A stretch of 63,896 nucleotides of DNA, the filler included, from Vannella sp. (taxonomy: Eukaryota), in assembly GCA_023345925.1 (NCBI GenBank). It is 9 parts of 9 records of this genome, joined end to end, with 100 filler letters (N's around TTAATTAATTAA, not from the genome) between each part and the next. Parts side by side here need not be neighbours in the genome. Positions count along the whole stretch, not along the records: positions 51,467 to 60,152 come from JAJQQN010000455.1; positions 60,253 to 63,896 come from JAJQQN010001412.1; 7 more parts are not named here. One strand, given 5' to 3'. Within the stretch, counting starts at the first letter, position 1; every line of letters begins with the position of its first letter. The notes beneath the pieces are model-generated. The model was not told the origin of the DNA and made no database searches. It saw nothing but the letters and a program-made list of their open reading frames with translations. A program made the translations under genes and the position numbers. Positions 58,383-63,896 of the stretch are shown here, piece after piece.

Positions 58383-60152
58383 ATGGCGGTTGCCTTTTTG
58401 ATTGCGGTGATGCTTGCTGGCTTTGTCTGCAGTGATGGTAAGTCTTCCTATCAGCCAGGAGATGGGAATACTGAAAGGGGGGCAGTCAGTCCAGTGGTAA
58501 TCTCTCCGGCTGGTGAGGTCTTCATCAATCGAGTGGACGTGACTTTGGCGTGTGCTACACCAAACGTTACCATCTTCTACGAAACGAATGACTTTCTTGA
58601 AGTGTCTGAGACTTCCCCTCGGTACCAAGGAGTCCCCATTCCCCTCTTTTGTACGGGAACCGTGTGGCAGTGCAGCACCACCCTCCGGGCTCAGGTAGGG
58701 CCCTTTCACTCGTTTCTTGTCTCTTCTCAGTATCTCTTAGGCTGTGGATGATACTGGTGACCTCTCTCCCCTCCGCAGTAAGACTTGTAGGAATCCCTTC
58801 TTTTTTAGCTGCTTGCAACCGGCCTTATGATGTTGGAACAGACCAGATTGTGATTCAGTCCATTCTGCCTCGTGCCTCTGTCAAATGGAAGATCTTTGAG
58901 CGCCAAGAACGCGCCGGAGTTAACATGTCCACTACAGTGGAAGGAGGAATCATCCGATTCTCCTTGAAGGCGGATGTCCGCTGGACAAGTGCCGATGCGC
59001 TCACTTACAATGCTCCTTTGGTCCTTCCCCCAGGCTCCCATACTATTCGAGTGAAGGTGTTTAAGGTATCCTCTGACTGCCCGACTTGGTTCTGTTCTAA
59101 TGGACGAGAAGGATGTGTCTGGGGTAGTTCTAGAAAGTCCGCAAGGGAACTATTCTATCAAAGTTCTTCCTTTGGCGCCACAGCCAATCTTCTCTATGCC
59201 AAGCGGAGAATACGTTGGATCACAATCTGTCTCATTGAGAGTCGAAGAGAAAGCGGGAGTGAAGAATGGCACTATCTTAGTCTCTTTTGACGGAGTCACT
59301 TACTTTCCTTACCTCTCGGATATCCGCTTGACTCAGCAACGGCAAGTACCCTCCATCAACTATACTCTTTATTCCTATTCTGCTGTGGATTCTCCAGATT
59401 CACTAGCAAGCAACGTCACCAGAGCCGCGTTCTACATCCTGACGAAGATGCTCAGTCCAATTCTTCTTCCTGGATCTCAAGAACCCAACTTCCACGAAGT
59501 GACAATTAGTGCCCGATGTCCAGAACCATTTTCAGTGTTACAAGCTGTGTGGAATCAGGAAGCAGATGTGGAGTTGCAGAAGGTGAGCTTCTCTGCTGAC
59601 TCATTGATGCTAAAGGTAGCTCTTCCTGGTTCTGAAGGGAGAGAGTTCTCTATTGATGTTTCTTGTACACGAGATGGCTTCGTTTCGAGTGACATTGTAG
59701 CTGATGTGTATCAACTAGTTCCTTTTAAAATACCTGTGGAGCCGCTCCTGTCTCCAGTTGCCGGTCGATATGAGGGCATCAGAACTCTCTCAGTAAATCT
59801 TCAATGCCTGGAAGCAGGATGTGTCTCTTGGTACACTCTCGATGGTAGCAATCCTCAGTCGAACAGCTCCAGTCGCTACCAACTAGGACAGCCAATCACT
59901 CTTCTCCCTGGAACGCACCGAATTCGCGCTGTTGTATCGGTTGTAGACGGGAACTACACCGGCTACTCCCAAGAGACAACGGGCAATTGTAAGTTAATTC
60001 ATGATGAAAACTTCTAACTCTCCTTTAGATCTCGTTTACGGTCTATTAGAAGATCCTGTCTTTTTCCCTCCAAGTGGCTCTCATTTTGAGAGTCCTGGAA
60101 AAGTGAGTATCTTGTCGAGAGATGATGCAGGAATGGAGTACCGCGTCGTAAT
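58383..60152 (+). CDS. Secreted/surface protein with chitobiase-C/Fn3-associated repeats (introns; 3' truncated)
   Basis: Signal peptide; repeated PVVISPAGEVF, PIFSMPSGEY, PLLSPVAGRY..WYTLDGSNP. Confidence 0.7.
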
Positions 60153-60252
60153 NNNNNNNNNNNNNNNNNNNNNNNNNNNNNNNNNNNNNNNNNNNNTTAA
60201 TTAATTAANNNNNNNNNNNNNNNNNNNNNNNNNNNNNNNNNNNNNNNNNNNN
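60153..60252. other. Artificial contig linker
   Basis: 44N-TTAATTAATTAA-44N. Confidence 0.98.
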
Positions 60253-60680
60253 CAAAGACAACGCTGATGTGATTAGGACCGGGCGCTCCAAGTGATAGCG
60301 CCAAGTGCCAGAGGCATTTCCAGAATCACACAATCGTCTTTGAGCCACTCAAAGCAGGATCAAGCCCCCGACTTAAGAGGTCTTCTTCTGTCAAGTTAAT
60401 CTGCCAGGCAGTTGATCAATCATTGGGTTCCTCCGCATCTACGACAACCATTTCGACTTTGACAAGTTCCTCGCACAACAGCTGGATAGCTCTTCCATCT
60501 CTGTCGCTTGCCTGGATGCTATCACTCATTGACAACGATTTCCTGTGCATAAATCTCGCACCCCATCGGAGGAGGAGTTGCAATAGACTCTTTCTCAGAA
60601 CTACCACGTTCACCCTTGATTGCCAATCTTCCTCTTCACATGCACATGCAACCTTTTAGGCCTTCTTTGTAGCATGAAGA

Positions 60681-60771
60681 CCATCCTCTTGGTCCTCTTG
60701 GTCCCAATCGCACACTGAGTCCTTTGAAACAAGAATGACCATCGGAAGGACCAAGAGGACCACGAGGATGG
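60681..60771. repeat. Inverted repeat with 24-bp arms (1 mismatch) and 43-nt spacer
   Basis: CCATCCTCTTGGTCCTCTTGGTCC (60681-60704) versus GGACCAAGAGGACCACGAGGATGG (60748-60771). Confidence 0.85.
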
Positions 60772-60882
60772 CAAGCGACGGAGATGGCAGAGCTATCCAT
60801 CCTCCACTTCAAGTGACTCAGTCAGTAATGAACCAAGTTCTGGTAGTTTGCTTAGCCTCAAGCAAATGAAAGCAATCAGAGT

Positions 60883-62257
60883 TCATTGGCGGGTAGCTTT
60901 CTTGATTAAATGAGACTGGAGTTCCTCCCAGAAGTGAATTTGGGCCTTTTGGACGGTTTGCTCCTTTGTTGTTGAGACTTTGAGCGTCTTGACATTCCAA
61001 CTTGCCACAGTAGGAGGCAAAGTATCACCTTCCGAAAGAAGATAGAATCCCCTGACCTTATGGAGGAGCGTGACCATACTCGGCTCGAACCTCTTCCACT
61101 CAGGACCCGAAAACTGCCAAGTCTTGCCCGATACGAACACCGCTGAGACTCTATCCCTTCTCAGAGAGTTAGATCAGTCATCTCCATTAGTCTTACACTA
61201 ACATATCTGCCTCTCGGAGATTCAGGATACTGTCTCGAACCTCATACTCGGTTTTCCCCCCGTTTTTGAAACGCAGCACAGTATCTTTCCCAGGTTCCTT
61301 CTTGACTGGTTGAAGCGAACCGTTCAACCTTCCCAGCATGAGCTGGTGGAATCACAATGCCAATGGGAGGACTTACGACCCGTTCTTCAAGAAGCTAAGT
61401 GCATTGTCGATGCTCAACAAGACACTCGCACCGGACTTGGGAACCACAATAATGGGGATGTGGATAGCCCCATGGCTGCTACCAGAACTGGGCCTTTGAT
61501 CCTTCCCAGCGGAACCAGGGGCAGAGCCTTTGGGATGGTGAATCAACTGGGAACCGAAGAAGGAGCCGACTCACCACTAGAGGAACGAGAGGGCGGCTGA
61601 GTGGGTGCCTTTTCCTTCAATAGATCGAGGAACTTCTGTGGGACAGTGACAGAGCTGTTCGCAGCGCACAACAAGGAGTCTCGAGTCCGCAGTTGGCGCT
61701 CTCGATCTTGCAAGCCCTTTGAGATAGCCTCGTCTGCCTTTACGAACTCGTTGTCCTTGTCAATGTCCTCTTCGGTGTTGTTCGAGTCCAGGAGAACATC
61801 AATCAGGCGCGCAAACTCCTCCTTCGCGTGGGCAACTGCACCGGAAAGCTCTGTCCGTTGCCTCTTCGAAGGGCGAGTCTCTGTCTCCGGCCTAGCACGC
61901 TTTTGAACAATCTTAATGTCTGCTGGGATCTCCGCCTTGCTCAAGATAGTCAGAACCCGCAGTCCGCATCATCGAGGCGCTCACATTCATCCCAGAGAAG
62001 AGCTGGGTAACTCCCTTCGTCAGGCGATTGGGGATCCACTTCACTTTGGCCTGGTTACACTTCTCGATGTACTCTTTGGTTCCCTTCGTGCTTAGCAGCA
62101 AGAACAACTCGTACACGCTGTACGACTTGTCCTTGACCTCAAGGACCTCCGTTTTCAAGTCGAAGCTTTGCGTTCCAAAGTGGAGTCGATCCTCCTCCAC
62201 CTTCACCTCATCCAAGCGGCGAAAGTAGCTCCTCAAGGCGTTGAAGGCGTCCGACAT
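60883..62257 (-). CDS. CDC73: Parafibromin/Cdc73 (PAF1 complex), with apparent frameshifts around 61540 and 61410
   Basis: N-terminal LRSYF..LHFG; ERQLRTRDSLL; PIIVVP..SL/LSIDNALSFL; AVFVSGKTWQF; VRGFYL; WNV; FWEEL. Confidence 0.8.
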
Positions 62258-62412
62258 CAGCTGTCAATCAAAAAAATGACCCAAATGGTGATTACATAAT
62301 AATTTCAAACGTATTGGAAGGTTTGCATGGAGAGGTGAGACATCCCTTTGACTAGGACCTTCTGAGAGGGCGACCTCAGCCGAAGGGTGGTTTATCAGAT
62401 GGCAGAAAGGTG

Positions 62413-62775
62413 TTAGGGGAGGTCGGTCAGGCTCTGCGTCTCGGTGAGGGGGCGTGGACAGGGATTTGGGGGTGTCGTCATACCTTGGTGGGTGGAGGGC
62501 CGTCGCCAATCTGAGTCTTTCCTTTGTACTTGCCTTGGTTAGCGTTGCCTCCACTGTTCCCGCTGGTAGCCCACGTTTTCTGCCCAGAGAAGGTGAGAAA
62601 GTTCACGCAAACCAACGAGGTTCCCAACCTTCTTAACGACCTCTTTTGGAGCTGCATCCTTTGCTGCTTGCTCGAACATAGAAGCTTTCCCCTTCAATCC
62701 AGCAGGTTGGCCAGAAGCTTCGCTTGTCTTGGTTTCCCAGGTGGAGGTGTTGAGGCGCCCAGGAGCCCCGCTCAT
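62413..62775 (-). CDS. Small basic protein ending in GPPPTK-SLTDLP, 2 introns
   Basis: MSGAPGRLNTSTWE..KASMFEQAAK..VVKK|TWATSG..KTQIGDGPPPTK|SLTDLP*; canonical introns join the exons in frame. Confidence 0.65.
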
Positions 62776-63084
62776 ACAACAAACAAATGAAATCTGTTTG
62801 ACAGAAAAGCAATTTGATTCAAGTAAACGTAAGCTTGTGTGGTTGTAGCCAACAAAGTAAGTTTTTACCAAACCTAAAATAATCGGGTAATAATGATCCT
62901 CAGTAAGAAAATTGGTCATAATGATTTCATCATGATTTCATTTCCCCTTCTTCTCTGCGATGGAACGAGGAAACCCGATCATCTTTTGGGGTGCAGCAAC
63001 ACTAAGTGTAGATCTACCGTTCAGTGTGATACAACAAGCGGACGATCATGATCAAGTGGAGGGTCCATTTGCGGAAGCCACGCA

Positions 63085-63480
63085 AACGAATGAAGGGATG
63101 AGCTCACCACCACCAGGGGGTTCATCTGTGAGTAATGGTATTGATGAAGGTGCGTCCTCCACTAGGGCTCCATCTGTGGATATCACTCAAGTTGATGAAG
63201 AGATGGATATGAGTGACTCATCTGCGAATATGACTCAACATTATGCTGAAGGGATGAGTCCTCCACCAGGGAGTCCCTCTGCAGATATTAATAATATTCA
63301 AAATGAGAATGAAGGTACGAGTCCTGCACCAGGGTCCATCTGCGAATATCACTCAAATTGATTCAGAGATTGAGATGAGTCCTCCTCAACCAGGGGGCTT
63401 ACCTGCAACTATGACTCAAGCTGGAGGGATGAGTCCTCATATTGATATTCTTCAAATTGATGAGGGTACGAGTTCCCACT
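63085..63480 (+). repeat. Degenerate tandem coding-like repeats (EGMSPPPGx.SA unit) within a disrupted acidic ORF region 62960-63765
   Basis: Recurrent GA(A/G)GGGATGAGTCCT..CCAGGG..CTGC..ACTCAA motif; frame broken near 63361. Confidence 0.5.
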
Positions 63481-63896
63481 GAGAGATTCATCACTCCACT
63501 TGACTCATTGGCTCAAGTAGAAAATTACAACTACGATGGCACGCCTGTTACCACCCAAGGCGACACCGGAGCTATGGAATATGACACTGATAAGTTTGAT
63601 GTACTAGAGTTTGGATTAGATCTCTTCCAACAAGGCCTTGGTCATCCTGCCAACAAGGCGAACGTGAATATGGGCTTTGGCGATTATGTTTACGGATCTC
63701 ACCATCCATTTGAACATCAAAGCACTTTCGGCCCGGAAGTTAATGAAGAGTACGACTTCTCTTAACTCATGCCTGTAAGGTCACACTGAGCCCACCAAAG
63801 AGCTGCTCCACCGATTCCTTGTGGAACAGTTCAATGAACCACTTCCTTTTCGTCGCGTTGGGATCTAGACTTGATAGCAAAAACACTTCCGAGTTC

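Noticed and set aside
7710..60252. Recurrent TTAATTAATTAA flanked by Ns, as a possible biological repeat
   Set aside because: Eight identical 100-nt blocks with six-frame stops are concatenation linkers; gene adjacency across them is meaningless.

Overview
Gene-dense eukaryotic (protist) genomic DNA, about 50% GC by eye. It has many very short GT-AG spliceosomal introns (mostly 43-66 nt, CTGAC/CTAAC/CTCAC-type branch sites) and intergenic gaps often under 150 bp. The window is not contiguous: it is nine contigs joined by eight artificial 100-nt linkers (44 N + TTAATTAATTAA + 44 N), so neighbourhoods are meaningful only within a contig. Gene content (divergent Ras paralogs, RCC1 remnant, plant-type C2-PLD, SH3BGR, many CAMK-like kinases) suggests an amoebozoan-like host, which is an inference. 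About 35 genes are recognisable, including LCB1, PRP38, ATG13-like, PLD, ISOC, PSPH, a mitochondrial carrier, EARS2, ADO/PCO, CCT8, Furry/Tao3, ACAD8, EAPP, HEN1, MtnK, NDUFAF7 and CDC73. Highlights: (1) a tail-to-tail pair of paralogous genes, one ending in a mono-ADP-ribosyltransferase PARP domain, the other carrying 4 CCCH fingers + KH-like region + an intact-looking macrodomain and stopping just after the segment it shares with the PARP gene, a candidate ZAP/PARP14-like writer/eraser immunity module; (2) a UBL-UBA-UBR-box protein; (3) a bacterial-type kinase-STAND ATPase gene with a 6-nt microexon at the P-loop; (4) a shared E2F+MYB(MSA)-like promoter module upstream of two orphan genes on different contigs; (5) a decayed Ras gene running in frame into a 5'-truncated LCB1. 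Several frameshifts and stops may be assembly errors.
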